In this document: one piece after another, positions 16,503 to 26,208 of the stretch
Position numbering within the stretch: position 1 is the stretch's first letter
Layout of the letters: each line of letters starts with the position of its first letter
From: Chloroflexota bacterium
GTDB lineage: Bacteria; Chloroflexota; Limnocylindria; P2-11E
DNA: 33,490 nucleotides
NCBI GenBank assembly: GCA_005881085.1
Contig: VBGU01000001.1
Location: 1 to 33,490, forward strand
Direction of reading: 5' to 3'
The notes under the pieces: model-generated
The model's database searches: none
What the model was told of the DNA's origin: nothing
What the model saw: only the letters and a program-made list of their open reading frames with translations
Position numbers and translations under genes: made by a program

Positions 16503-17309
16503 TTGGCACGAAGCCTGCCGCTTGCGGCCCTTGTGCGTTGGACGGCTCCCCTCCTGATCTTCGCGCTCGTCGCGCTCCCGGGTTCACCTTCAACGGCGAC
16601 CGCGCGCCCGATCGTCGTCGTCGCGGCCAATCAGTCGTTCAACTGGGCGGGGTACGTGCAGGGCGCGCTCGAGAAGAACAAGACCTTCCACTCCGTCGCA
16701 GCGACCTGGATCGTGCCGACGGCGACGCCGCACCGCGCGGGCGAGGCCGAGTACTCCTCGAGCTGGATCGGGATCGGCGGCGGGTGCGTGGATGCGGCCT
16801 GCTCGATCGGGGACGACACCCTCATCCAGGCGGGGATCGGCCACGACATCGACGCTACCGGAGCGGCTGACTACTACGCGTGGTGGGAAGCGATCCCCGC
16901 GCCCCTCGTGCGGACGGCGTTGCCCGTGCGGCCCGGTGACCGCATCGCGGTTGCGATCTCCGAAGGTCGCCTGCCCGAGGTCTGGACGATCGTGATCGCG
17001 AACCAATCGACGGGTTCGCGATTCACGATCACGCTTCCCTACCCCTCGAGCTACGCGACCGCTGAATGGGTCATTGAGACGCCCGTCGTTATCACCGATT
17101 CCGGCGGCATCCAGGTGGGTCCGATGCCGAATCTCACGACGGTCCGCTTCGATCACGCACGCGCGAACGGAGCCTCGGCCGCATTCATCTCGGCGGAGCG
17201 AATGGAGCTTGTCGACTTCGACCTGACCCTGATCGCCACACCGTCGCTCCCCGACCGTAAGGGCGACGGCTTCAACGACTGCACGTACACCGCCTGCTCC
17301 GATCCCTAG
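16503..17309 (+). CDS. Secreted glutamic peptidase, family G1 (eqolisin / Peptidase_A4-like)
   Basis: Signal peptide, then SFNWAGY, SSWIGIGG, LIQAG (catalytic Gln position), YYAWWEAIP and TAEWVIE (catalytic Glu position). TTG start 5 nt after the msrB stop. Confidence 0.75.
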   Translation: MARSLPLAALVRWTAPLLIFALVALPGSPSTATARPIVVVAANQSFNWAGYVQGALEKNKTFHSVAATWIVPTATPHRAGEAEYSSSWIGIGGGCVDAACSIGDDTLIQAGIGHDIDATGAADYYAWWEAIPAPLVRTALPVRPGDRIAVAISEGRLPEVWTIVIANQSTGSRFTITLPYPSSYATAEWVIETPVVITDSGGIQVGPMPNLTTVRFDHARANGASAAFISAERMELVDFDLTLIATPSLPDRKGDGFNDCTYTACSDP

Positions 17310-17328
17310 ACCTCCGCATACTTCCCCC

Positions 17329-18174
17329 GTGACGCTCACCGGAAAGCGCCTGGCATTCATCGGCGGCGGGACCATGGCCGAAGCGATGGTGCGCGGCCTG
17401 CTCGACCGCCACCTCGTGCCTCCGTCTCACGTGCTCGTCACCGGCCCGCGGCGCGAGCGGCGCGCCGAGCTGACGAAGGCGTACGGCGTCAAGGCGCTCG
17501 CATCCAACGCCGAGGCCGCGGCCGACGCGCACGTCGTCGTGCTCTCGGTGAAGCCGCAGGTCCTCGCGACAGTGATGCGCGAGCTACGCGGCAAGCTCGA
17601 CGAGGACAAGCTCGTGATCTCCATCGTCGCCGGCGCGACGCTGCGGTCGCTGCGCGACGGCCTCGATCACGCAGCGATCGTGCGCGCGATGCCGAACACG
17701 CCGGCGCAGGTCGGCATGGGCGTCACCGCGTGGACGTCGACCACCGCGGTGGACGCCGAGCAGCGCGAGCGCGCGAAGGCGATCCTCGGCGCTCTCGGCG
17801 AAGAGCTCATGGTCGACGACGAGAACCTCGTCGACATGGCGACCGCTCTATCGGGGACGGGGCCCACCTACGTCTTTCTGTTGATGGAGGCGCTCGTCGA
17901 TGCGGGCGTGCACCTCGGCTTCTCGCGGCGGGTCGCGGAAGAACTCGTGCTCCGCACCGTCGAAGGCTCTGCCCTGTTCGCGCGAAAGAGCGGCCGGCAC
18001 CTCGCGGAGCTCCGCAACATGGTCACCTCGCCCGGCGGGACGAGCGCGGCCGCGATCTACCAGCTCGAGAAGGGCGCATTGCGAACCGTCCTGTCGAAAG
18101 CCGTATACGCCGCGTACCAGCGAACGCGCGAACTCGGCGCCGAGGCTGAGCGGCGCGCCGAGGAGCGTCCGTGA
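17329..18174 (+). CDS. proC: Pyrroline-5-carboxylate reductase
   Basis: LAFIGGGTMAEAM Rossmann start, VLSVKPQ, and C-terminal SPGGTSAAAIYQLEKG signature. Confidence 0.93.
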   Translation: MTLTGKRLAFIGGGTMAEAMVRGLLDRHLVPPSHVLVTGPRRERRAELTKAYGVKALASNAEAAADAHVVVLSVKPQVLATVMRELRGKLDEDKLVISIVAGATLRSLRDGLDHAAIVRAMPNTPAQVGMGVTAWTSTTAVDAEQRERAKAILGALGEELMVDDENLVDMATALSGTGPTYVFLLMEALVDAGVHLGFSRRVAEELVLRTVEGSALFARKSGRHLAELRNMVTSPGGTSAAAIYQLEKGALRTVLSKAVYAAYQRTRELGAEAERRAEERP

Positions 18175-18494
18175 GGAACGTCATCACGGCGCTTGTCCTT
18201 GTCCTCGCGTGCGTCGCGGGACTCTGGCTCACCTTGGTAGATGCCAGAACCGACGACACGGGCATCGAGGCCGGTCTGCTCTTCCTCGTCGCCGCGGCGC
18301 TCGCGGCGGTGCGACCCCGCGCAGCGATGGTCATCGCCTTCATCGTGGGAGCCCCGATCCCGATCTCCGAGGCCCTGCAGAGCGGCGCCTTTCCCGCGGG
18401 CATCGTGGCACTCGGATTCAGCGTCGCGGGAGCGCTCGTCGGGGCCTATCTCGGGATCATGCTGCGAAGGAGCGCGTCGTCAACAAGCCCGTGA
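18171..18494 (+). CDS. Small hypothetical membrane protein (107 aa, 3-4 TM)
   Basis: GTGA overlap with the proC stop. Hydrophobic segments ALVLVLACVAGLWLTLV, GLLFLVAAALAAV, MVIAFIVGAPIPI and GIVALGFSVAGALVGAYLGIML. GC3-rich. Confidence 0.6.
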   Translation: MRNVITALVLVLACVAGLWLTLVDARTDDTGIEAGLLFLVAAALAAVRPRAAMVIAFIVGAPIPISEALQSGAFPAGIVALGFSVAGALVGAYLGIMLRRSASSTSP

Positions 18495-18498
18495 GGCC

Positions 18499-18948
18499 CT
18501 AGGCCATGACGGAATGGACTTCGTAGACCTCGCCGCCCCGCTGGATCATCGCGTGACCGTCGACCGTATTCAGCCAGGCACTGGCGGCTCCGTTCAGGGC
18601 CTCGAACGTCTTCACTTCGGTGGTTCGCGGCCAGAGGAGCACGGTGCGCTCGTGGGGCGCTCCTTCCGAAAGGAAGCGTTCGAGGTCTTTGCGGTTCGCG
18701 ATGACGACCGCCACGCCGGACGATGCACCACCCGGCGCGAAGCGGACTCCGCGCGGTTGCCACGCCGTGAGCCAGCTCGGAGCGGCTTTATCGACTCCGA
18801 TCACCGCGATGAGCGGCTTCGGTCCGAAATCCCAGAGCCACGCGGCCGTCTCAGCAAGACACTCCGGGTCCGCGAGGGGACGCCACGTGGCGTCGGCGGG
18901 CGGGAGCTCGAGCACGAAGCGGTCGTACGCGACCTGGCTCACCTGCAT
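18499..18948 (-). CDS. Hypothetical protein (149 aa)
   Basis: Long GC3-rich ORF with no motif I recognise. ATG 18948 is chosen. The in-frame TTG 18999 would extend it through a palindrome cluster. Confidence 0.55.
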   Translation of the reverse strand: MQVSQVAYDRFVLELPPADATWRPLADPECLAETAAWLWDFGPKPLIAVIGVDKAAPSWLTAWQPRGVRFAPGGASSGVAVVIANRKDLERFLSEGAPHERTVLLWPRTTEVKTFEALNGAASAWLNTVDGHAMIQRGGEVYEVHSVMA

Positions 18949-19051
18949 GTTTAGGTCTGGAATAGCAGGCGGCCGCGCTAGCGGGGAGTCCCCGGCCAAG
19001 GGGAGAGAGGGCTAGTACAGAAGTACCGGGTGCGGAGATCATCACAGGAAG

Positions 19052-19462
19052 ATGGAAAAGCTCACCGAAAAGCTTTGGCGAGATTTGCCCCAAGGCGTCT
19101 GGTTCGTGGCGAACGGGGCGTTCCGCACGATCAGCGCCGGGACCCGAGGGAGCGAGGTCGAAGCCTTGATCGTGTACGACTTTACCCAAGGCTCCGTCGC
19201 GATCGCGACGGTGTTCCGGACCAAGGATTGGGCGGACCGCGACGAGTTAGCCCCATATGAGCTTGGGCTCGAGAGGCTCGGCGTTCCGCTCATATTTGGC
19301 GACGCCTACGACGACACACTCAAAGCGCATGGCAGGATTCTCCTGCGGACGCGTTTCATGATCGGTGACCCCGCGGTCGTCACATCGGCCGAGCTTCGCG
19401 ACTCACAAAGCGACCCCGAGCTCTTGGTCCATCAGATCGAGGAGCGGTTGAGTCGGCTGTAG
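19052..19462 (+). CDS. Hypothetical protein (136 aa), atypical codon usage
   Basis: ATG-initiated ORF. It uses TTA, ATA, AAA, CAA, ACA, TCA and AGG codons that are almost absent from neighbouring genes. No recognisable motif. Confidence 0.55.
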   Translation: MEKLTEKLWRDLPQGVWFVANGAFRTISAGTRGSEVEALIVYDFTQGSVAIATVFRTKDWADRDELAPYELGLERLGVPLIFGDAYDDTLKAHGRILLRTRFMIGDPAVVTSAELRDSQSDPELLVHQIEERLSRL

Positions 19463-19466
19463 CTGG

Positions 19467-20357
19467 CTAGGCCGATCGACGCAAGCGCGGATCGAGGGCG
19501 TCCCGCAGCGCGTCGCTGAGGAAGTTGAAGGCGAAGACCGCGCTGAAGATCGCAAGTCCCGGCCCGACGCTCATCCACCACTTGAGGTTCGGCAGGTACC
19601 GCTGCGAGTAATTGATGTCCTGGCCCCAGGACGGAAACGGGGGTTGCGGGCCGAGGCCGAGGAATGACAACGCGGCCTCTGCCAGGATCGCGAACGCTGT
19701 TGACAAGGTGGCCTGGACGATGAGCGCGTTCATCACATTCGGGAAGATATGGCGCATCACGATGCGGAGCGGCGAGCAGCCGATCGTCCGGGCCGCGACG
19801 ATGAACTCCCGAGCGCGCACCGCGAGCACCTGGCCGCGGGTGAGTCGCGCGTACGCGGGTATGGCCACGATGCCGATGGCGATCATCGCGTTCTGGATCT
19901 GCGGTCCGAGCGCCGACGTGATCGCGATCGCGAGGATCAGCGCCGGGAACGCGAGGAGCGCGTCGATCCCGCGCATGATGATGAGGTCGAACTTACCGCC
20001 GAGATACCCGGCCGCGAGCCCGAGCGACGTACCGACGAGCAGCCCGATGGACACGCTGATGAGCCCGACGGACAGCGAGATACGTGAACCCCAGAGCACG
20101 CGGGAGAACACGTCACGACCGAGATCGTCGGTGCCCAACCAGTGCGTCGCGTTCGGCGACTGGAGCGAGTCGATAACGTTCACCTTGATCGGGTCGAACG
20201 GCGCGATGATCGGCGCGAACGCGGCGACGAAGAGCCAGGCAAGCACGATGAGTCCACCGACGATCATGCGTGGATTTCGCCGCAGCAGGTAGATCGTCGA
20301 CGCCACCCGCTCGTTTCGGGCGCGGCCAAGAGTGAGTGGGACGGTCGTTCCGGCCAT
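19467..20357 (-). CDS. ABC peptide/nickel importer permease (DppC/OppC-like)
   Basis: N-terminal OppC_N-like segment and binding-protein-dependent transport signature (ALLAFPALILAIAI...). ATG 20357 shares 1 nt with the upstream stop (TGATG). The extension to 20528 is rejected. Confidence 0.9.
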   Translation of the reverse strand: MAGTTVPLTLGRARNERVASTIYLLRRNPRMIVGGLIVLAWLFVAAFAPIIAPFDPIKVNVIDSLQSPNATHWLGTDDLGRDVFSRVLWGSRISLSVGLISVSIGLLVGTSLGLAAGYLGGKFDLIIMRGIDALLAFPALILAIAITSALGPQIQNAMIAIGIVAIPAYARLTRGQVLAVRAREFIVAARTIGCSPLRIVMRHIFPNVMNALIVQATLSTAFAILAEAALSFLGLGPQPPFPSWGQDINYSQRYLPNLKWWMSVGPGLAIFSAVFAFNFLSDALRDALDPRLRRSA

Positions 20358-21319
20358 CAGGCGGCCGCCGATTCGAAGGAGATGCGCGGGTCGACCCTGG
20401 CGTACAGGACATCGACGAGCAGGGTGCTCAGCATGAACGAGAGCGCGGACACGAGGACGACGCCCTGTACGACCGGATAGTCGTGCGATGGGATCGCTTG
20501 CACGACGAGGCGGCCCACGCCGGGCCACGAGAAGATGGTCTCGGTGATGACCGCGCCCTCGATGATCGCGCCGACCTGGATGCCGACGAGAGTCACGACG
20601 GGGATGAGCGCGTTCTTCAGGGCGTGGCGCACGATCACCGCGCGCTCGCGCAGACCCTTCGCGCGCGCGGTGCGCACGTACTCGAGACCGAAGACCTCGA
20701 GGAGGCTCGAGCGCACCTGGCGGAGGTTGAGGGCCAGGCTGCCCGTGGCCAGTGTCACCGCGGGAAGGACGAGCCGTCGCAGGTTGTCGCCGACGTCGGT
20801 CGTGATGGGCACGAAGCCGCCCGGCGGGAAGATCTTTCCGGGAATGACATATGCGAACAGCAAGATGAGAAGCACGCCGAGAAAGAAGGATGGGAAGGAC
20901 ACGCCCATGAGCGTCACGCTCGTGGAGAGGAGGTCGACGAGCGAATTGCGCTTTACGGCGGAAACGATGCCGATCACGAGCGCGAAGCTCACGGAGATGA
21001 GGAGCGCCGCCGCGCCGAGCTCGAGCGTCGCGGGCAACCGCTCGACGATCGCTTCCGTCACACGCTGATGGTTCTGGAAAGAGCGGCCGAGGTCACCCTG
21101 AAGCGCGTGCGTGAGCCACGCGACGTATTGAATTGGGAGCGATTGGTCGAGGCCCAACTGATGCCTGATGGCCTCGAGCTGCACGGGGTCGCGGTCCTCC
21201 CCCGCGAACACCAGCACGGGGTCGACGGGAGAGATGCGCGCGAGCGTGAAGACGCCGATCGTAACGAGGAACGCGACGGGGATCATGAGCAGGAGGCGAC
21301 GGATGATGTATCGAATCAC
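20357..21319 (-). CDS. ABC peptide/nickel importer permease (DppB/OppB-like)
   Basis: MIRYIIRRLLLMIPV start and EYVRTARAKGL EAA-loop, both typical of DppB/OppB. Confidence 0.92.
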   Translation of the reverse strand: MIRYIIRRLLLMIPVAFLVTIGVFTLARISPVDPVLVFAGEDRDPVQLEAIRHQLGLDQSLPIQYVAWLTHALQGDLGRSFQNHQRVTEAIVERLPATLELGAAALLISVSFALVIGIVSAVKRNSLVDLLSTSVTLMGVSFPSFFLGVLLILLFAYVIPGKIFPPGGFVPITTDVGDNLRRLVLPAVTLATGSLALNLRQVRSSLLEVFGLEYVRTARAKGLRERAVIVRHALKNALIPVVTLVGIQVGAIIEGAVITETIFSWPGVGRLVVQAIPSHDYPVVQGVVLVSALSFMLSTLLVDVLYARVDPRISFESAAA

Positions 21320-21351
21320 TCCGTCGCCTCCGCTCTCACTCGCTCAGCGGA

Positions 21352-22944
21352 TCACTTCGCGAGCTGTGCGGTCTCGAAACGCGGAATCCGGTCAGCGTAG
21401 GACTGCATACCGGTCACTGCCTTGACCGTGATGATCGGAGAGGTTCCGAACCCGGTCCAGACCCGTGCGGGGTCGTCGACCACGTAGATCTGTTGCGCTT
21501 GTTTCAGCAGGTCAGCGCGCTTGGCGGGGTCAGGCTCGACGCGCTGCTGGTTCATGAGCTCGTCGACCTTGGCGTTGCTATAGGAGGAGTCGTTGTTGGT
21601 CTTGCCGGTGACGACGAAGTCGTAGGTGTTGCCGTCGGGATCGAGCCGGCCGCTCCAGCCGACATCTGTCATCCCGAGATGCTTGTGGGCCTGTTGCAGC
21701 GTGACGATGTCGTTGAACAGCTGCGTCTTGATCTCGGCGGTGATGTCGGCCTTCGCGAGCTCAGCCTGGATGAGCTGCGCGCGCTGCAGGCCAGCGGGGT
21801 CACCCGAGGAGATGAGGAGCTCGAACTTGAGCGGGCCCTTGCCCACCTCGGTGACGAGCTTCTTCGCGCCTTCGGGATCGGCCTTCGGCCAGGGCTTGAA
21901 GCTCCCGTCGTACGCGAAGTGGGCCGGCGCGATCGGGCCCCAGCCGACGATGCCCACGCCCTGCGCCGGACCCTTGTCGAGGATCTCCTGCCGGTCGATC
22001 GCCATGGCGACCGCCTTCACGTAGCGCTTCTCGTTGAAGATGAACCCGGGCGCCTCGTTCGGGATCAGGCTGCCCCAGGCGAACGAGCCGGCTTCGATGT
22101 ACGTGAGTGTCGAGTCCGCCTTGACCGCTGGGACGTCCTTGCCGGCGACGGCGTTCAAGACTTGCGCCTGGCCGGTCCGAAGGTTTGTCAGACGGACGTC
22201 ACCGTCGAGAATCGGCTTCACGATGATCTTGTCGAGGTACGGCAGCTTGTTGCCTTGCGCGTCCTTCCCCCACCAGTCCGGATTCTTCTCGAGGGTGTAG
22301 TGGTCGTTCTTCACGGCCTCGGTCAGGATGAACGGCCCGGTGCCCGCCTTGAACGGTTTGAGCGTGAAGTCGGCGCCCATCGCGTCGACCACCTTCTGCG
22401 AGACCATCATGCCCGCGCGATCGACGAGGGCCGCGAGGAGCGGCGCGAATGCGTTCTTCAGATTGAACTTCACCGTGCTCGCGTCGACGACGTCGACGCT
22501 CGCCACGGCGGCTAGGTCACCGGTGCGCGACGAGCCCTTCGTGTTGATGTATCGCTCGATGTTCCACTTCACCGACGCCGCGTCGAAGACGGAGCCGTCG
22601 TGGAACTTGACTCCCTGGCGGAGGTTGAACGTGACGGTCTTGCCGTCGCTGGACGTCGTCCATTTCTCCGCGAGCCACGGGATGATGCTCCCCTTCACGT
22701 CGACACGGACAAGCGAGTCATACATCGCGTAGTGGATGTTTCGATCGACGAAGAGGCCCGACAGCATCGGGTCCAGGTTGCTGACGTCGTTCTCGAGCGC
22801 GAAGGTGACGGTCCCGCCGTATGTCGGCTTGTTTGCCGCCGCCGTCGGCGATGTGCCTCCCCCGCCGGTGTTCGGCGACTGGCAGGCGGCGAGCAGGATC
22901 GCGAACGAAGCGAGAAATGCCACGAGATAGCGGGCGGAACGCAT
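21352..22944 (-). CDS. ABC substrate-binding lipoprotein, family 5 (DppA/OppA-like)
   Basis: ATG 22944 lies 6 nt downstream of GGGAGGGGG. Lipobox FAILLAACQS. About 530 aa with SBP_bac_5-like sequence. The 109-codon upstream extension in the track is rejected. Confidence 0.9.
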   Translation of the reverse strand: MRSARYLVAFLASFAILLAACQSPNTGGGGTSPTAAANKPTYGGTVTFALENDVSNLDPMLSGLFVDRNIHYAMYDSLVRVDVKGSIIPWLAEKWTTSSDGKTVTFNLRQGVKFHDGSVFDAASVKWNIERYINTKGSSRTGDLAAVASVDVVDASTVKFNLKNAFAPLLAALVDRAGMMVSQKVVDAMGADFTLKPFKAGTGPFILTEAVKNDHYTLEKNPDWWGKDAQGNKLPYLDKIIVKPILDGDVRLTNLRTGQAQVLNAVAGKDVPAVKADSTLTYIEAGSFAWGSLIPNEAPGFIFNEKRYVKAVAMAIDRQEILDKGPAQGVGIVGWGPIAPAHFAYDGSFKPWPKADPEGAKKLVTEVGKGPLKFELLISSGDPAGLQRAQLIQAELAKADITAEIKTQLFNDIVTLQQAHKHLGMTDVGWSGRLDPDGNTYDFVVTGKTNNDSSYSNAKVDELMNQQRVEPDPAKRADLLKQAQQIYVVDDPARVWTGFGTSPIITVKAVTGMQSYADRIPRFETAQLAK

Positions 22945-23005
22945 AGATACCCCCTCCCGAACCGACCGGGTTTCACGGAGGATACGTCCGCCCGCTATGT
23001 CTGGT

Positions 23006-23653
23006 TCAGCGGTCTTCCGCGCGCTCGCCGCCCTTTCTTCCGAATGCCGGAAGGAGCGGACGCCGCCTGGTGACGATTTCCTGTTTCTCGGTGCGGGAAC
23101 CGACGGGGCCCACGCCGACGCTGCGGCCGGGGACTGGGCCGGCCTCGCGGGCGACGTACGGCGCGGTGACCGGGACGACCCCGTGCGACGGAGCGAGGAC
23201 GCCGCCGAGCCAACCGCCGAAGATCGCGGCGAGGAAGCCGAGCAGAGCGCCGAACGTGAGCGCGTTGCCAAGGCTGTCGACGTTGACGCCGGGAACGAGG
23301 GTATTGACGTCGTTCACGCCGAACCCTGTGAAGGCGCCGTTCACGGCGGCGTAGCTCGCAAGCACGAGGACCCCAAGCACGAACAGGCTGAAGAAAGCGG
23401 TGAGCATGCCGTGCCAGCTGGTGCGGTATCCCGCCATCCGGCCCGCGACGTAACCGCCGATCAAGTACGAGACGAAGATCCCGATGATGACGGGAACGGC
23501 GGGCACGATGTCGTTGCTCCCTAGCCCCGGATTGGCGCCGACGAGGACGGCAGCGATGGCGGGCGCGACGAGCGCCATGGCGCCGATGGTCGCGATCCAT
23601 CCGCCGAGCACCGACATCCAAGAGGTGGCTGGGCGTACACGGACTGCGCTCAT
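23006..23653 (-). CDS. Hypothetical Gly-rich integral membrane protein (215 aa)
   Basis: ATG 23653 lies 4 nt downstream of AGGAGGG. Four to five TM segments, then a basic C-terminal tail. Confidence 0.65.
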   Translation of the reverse strand: MSAVRVRPATSWMSVLGGWIATIGAMALVAPAIAAVLVGANPGLGSNDIVPAVPVIIGIFVSYLIGGYVAGRMAGYRTSWHGMLTAFFSLFVLGVLVLASYAAVNGAFTGFGVNDVNTLVPGVNVDSLGNALTFGALLGFLAAIFGGWLGGVLAPSHGVVPVTAPYVAREAGPVPGRSVGVGPVGSRTEKQEIVTRRRPLLPAFGRKGGERAEDR

Positions 23654-23725
23654 AACACCCTCCTGCAAGAAAAGTTCGGGGCGTAGCGGTGCAAAACGCT
23701 GGCCATCCCGTCGCCGGGCGGCCGG

Positions 23726-24934
23726 TTAAGCGAGCGCTGCTTTCGCGCCGGCCGCCTTCGCGAATGTCTCCGCGAGATCAGTCTTCTCCCACGGCAGATC
23801 TGCTCTGCCGAAGTGGCCGTACGAAGCGGTCTGCCGATAGATCGCGCGGCGCAACCCGAAGCGATCGATGATCGCACCCGGCCGGAAGTCGAAGTGCTCC
23901 TCGATGAGCTTGCGGATCGTCTCATCGGAGACCTGGCCCGTGCCGAACGTCTCGACGTTGAGCGAGATCGGCTGCGCGCCACCGATCACGTACGCGAGTT
24001 GGAGCTCGAAGCGGTCCGCGAGTCCGGCTTTGACGATATTCTTCGCGACGTAGCGCGCCGCGTACGCGGCGGAACGGTCGACCTTCGTCGCGTCCTTTCC
24101 GCTGAACGCGCCGCCGCCGTGTCGCGCGTAACCGCCATATGTGTCGACGATGATCTTGCGTCCAGTAAGACCGGCGTCGCCCATCGGCCCGCCGATGGTG
24201 AATGCGCCGGTCCCGTTCACCAGGTACTTCGTCTTCGAGTCCAGCCACGTGCCTCCGATGGCCGGCCGGATGACCTGCTCGCGGATCTCGTTGCAGAGGC
24301 GCTGGTAGTCGATGCCGGGATCGTGCTGCGCCGCGACCACGACGGTGTGCACGCGCTTCGGAATGCCCTTCTCGTACTCGACCGTCACCTGGGTCTTTCC
24401 GTCGGGCCGCAGGTACGGGAGCGTGCCGTCCTTTCTCGTCTTGGCGAGCTGACGCGCGACGGCATGCGCGAGCGTGATCGGAAGTGGCATCAGCTCAGGC
24501 GTCTCGCGGACGGCAAAGCCGAACATCATTCCCTGGTCGCCCGCGCCGAGCTCCATCGCGTCGATCCCTTCGCGTGCCTCGATCGACTCGTCGACGCCCT
24601 GCGCGATCTCCGGCGACTGCTCTTTGATCGCGGTGAGGACGCCGCACGTGCGGTAGTCGAAGCCGTAGTCGGCGTTCGTGTACCCGATGTCCTGGACGAC
24701 GCTTCGCACGAGGCGCGGGACATCGACGTACGCGTGCGTCGTGATCTCGCCGGCCACGAGGATGACGCCAGTGGTGGTCGCGGTCTCGCACGCCACGCGC
24801 GAGTTGGGATCCTGGCGGAGGCATTCATCGAGCATCGCGTCGGATACCTGGTCGCAGAGCTTATCGGGGTGTCCTTCCGTCACGGACTCGCTCGTGAAGA
24901 GCACGCGGTCCGCCGACTTGAACGACTCGGTCAT
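23726..24934 (-). CDS. metK: S-adenosylmethionine synthetase
   Basis: [15 protein letters not shown] and GGGAFSGKD motifs. ATG 24934 shares 1 nt with the ahcY stop (TGATG). Confidence 0.96.
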   Translation of the reverse strand: MTESFKSADRVLFTSESVTEGHPDKLCDQVSDAMLDECLRQDPNSRVACETATTTGVILVAGEITTHAYVDVPRLVRSVVQDIGYTNADYGFDYRTCGVLTAIKEQSPEIAQGVDESIEAREGIDAMELGAGDQGMMFGFAVRETPELMPLPITLAHAVARQLAKTRKDGTLPYLRPDGKTQVTVEYEKGIPKRVHTVVVAAQHDPGIDYQRLCNEIREQVIRPAIGGTWLDSKTKYLVNGTGAFTIGGPMGDAGLTGRKIIVDTYGGYARHGGGAFSGKDATKVDRSAAYAARYVAKNIVKAGLADRFELQLAYVIGGAQPISLNVETFGTGQVSDETIRKLIEEHFDFRPGAIIDRFGLRRAIYRQTASYGHFGRADLPWEKTDLAETFAKAAGAKAALA

Positions 24935-26208
24935 CAGGTTCCCGCCTTCCACGACCGCGCGTACTCGGCCTGCGCCGCGGTCATCTTGTCGATGTTCATG
25001 CCCATGGCCTCGAGCTTCCGGCGCGCGATCTCCTCATCCAGCTCGCGGGGCACAGGGTAGACCCGCGGCTCCAGCTCCTTGCCGTGCTGCAGGAGGTACT
25101 CGACGGAGAGGACCTGGTTCGCGAAGCTCATGTCCATGACGGCGGCCGGGTTTGCTTCGGCGGCCACGTGGTTCAGGAGCCGGCCTTCCGCGAGGACGAA
25201 CACCTTCTTATCCGGCAGCTGGTACTCCTCGACGAAGCGCCGGATCTCGCGCCGTCCTTTCGCCATCTCGGCGAGCGCGCCGAGCTCGATCTCGTCGTTG
25301 AAGTGACCGACGTTCGCGAGGATCGCGCCGTCCTTCAGCAACGCAAAGTGCGGCCGGCCGATGACGTTGAGGTTCCCGGTCGCGGTGAAGAACACGTCAC
25401 CCCGCTTCGCGGCCTCGGCGACCGTCGCGACCTGGTAGCCATCCATCGCGGCCTCGAGCCCGCGGAGCGGGTCGACCTCACAGATGGTCACGATCGCGCC
25501 CATTCCGCGGAGGCGCTCGGCCACGCCGCGCCCTACCCAGCCGTAGCCGCAGACCACCGCGGTCTTGCCCGCGAGGAGCAGGTTCGTGGCACGGAGCAGC
25601 CCGTCGATCGCCGACTGGCCGGTGCCGTATTGGTTGTCGAACATGTGCTTGGTCTGCGCCTCGTTCACGGCGACGATCGGGTATTTGAGAACGCCCTCCT
25701 CGGCCATCGCGCGCAGGCGGATGACGCCGGTGGTCGTCTCCTCGGTCCCACCCTTTACGCCGGCGAGCAGCTCGCGTCGCTCGGTGTGGAGGAGCGTCAC
25801 CACGTCGGCGCCATCGTCCATCGTGATGTGGGGCTTGGTCTCCAGCACCGCGTTCATGTGCCGGTAATAGGTGTCGCGGTCCTCGCCCTTCCGCGCGAAC
25901 ACCGAGATTCCTTCGCGCGCGACCAGGGCTGCGGCGGCATCGTCCTGCGTGGACAGCGGATTCGATGCGCACAGAGCGACCTCAGCTCCGCCGTCGCGCA
26001 GCGCAAGCGCGAGGTTGGCGGTCTCGGTCGTGACGTGCAGGCACGCCGCGATGCGGATGCCGGCGAACGGCCGCTCTTTCGCGACCCGCGCGCGGATCTG
26101 GCCGAGGACGGGCATCTCGCGCGCGGCCCATTCGGTCCGCCGGACGCCGGCGTCCGCCAGCTCGAGATCGGTGACGTCGTGCTTCGGAGCCTTCGTCGCG
26201 ATCGCCAT
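24934..26208 (-). CDS. ahcY: Adenosylhomocysteinase
   Basis: About 424 aa with NAD-binding [10 protein letters not shown] and [10 protein letters not shown] signatures. ATG follows the upstream TAG directly. Confidence 0.96.
   Translation of the reverse strand: MAIATKAPKHDVTDLELADAGVRRTEWAAREMPVLGQIRARVAKERPFAGIRIAACLHVTTETANLALALRDGGAEVALCASNPLSTQDDAAAALVAREGISVFARKGEDRDTYYRHMNAVLETKPHITMDDGADVVTLLHTERRELLAGVKGGTEETTTGVIRLRAMAEEGVLKYPIVAVNEAQTKHMFDNQYGTGQSAIDGLLRATNLLLAGKTAVVCGYGWVGRGVAERLRGMGAIVTICEVDPLRGLEAAMDGYQVATVAEAAKRGDVFFTATGNLNVIGRPHFALLKDGAILANVGHFNDEIELGALAEMAKGRREIRRFVEEYQLPDKKVFVLAEGRLLNHVAAEANPAAVMDMSFANQVLSVEYLLQHGKELEPRVYPVPRELDEEIARRKLEAMGMNIDKMTAAQAEYARSWKAGT

Noticed and set aside
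16503-17309. The G1 peptidase as a recent horizontal transfer from fungi
   Set aside because: GC3 and codon choice look the same as in the flanking msrB and proC genes. The gene is also tightly packed in the operon. Nothing in the sequence supports recent acquisition.
18969-18982. Adjacent NotI (GCGGCCGC) and NheI (GCTAGC) sites, which look like a cloning polylinker or vector contamination
   Set aside because: No other vector-like sequence flanks them, and the surrounding genes are contiguous native-looking DNA. Eight-cutter GC palindromes are expected by chance in DNA this GC-rich. They are kept only as a possible operator (see findings).
22945-23271. 109-codon N-terminal extension of the binding-protein ORF (track start 23271)
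   Set aside because: The extension is Ser/Arg/Pro-rich and overlaps the upstream membrane-protein gene. An ATG with a strong GGGAGGGGG SD and a perfect lipoprotein signal begins at 22944. Analogous extensions were rejected for 6015..6137, 7463..7579, 12869..13447, 20358..20528 and 23654..23668.
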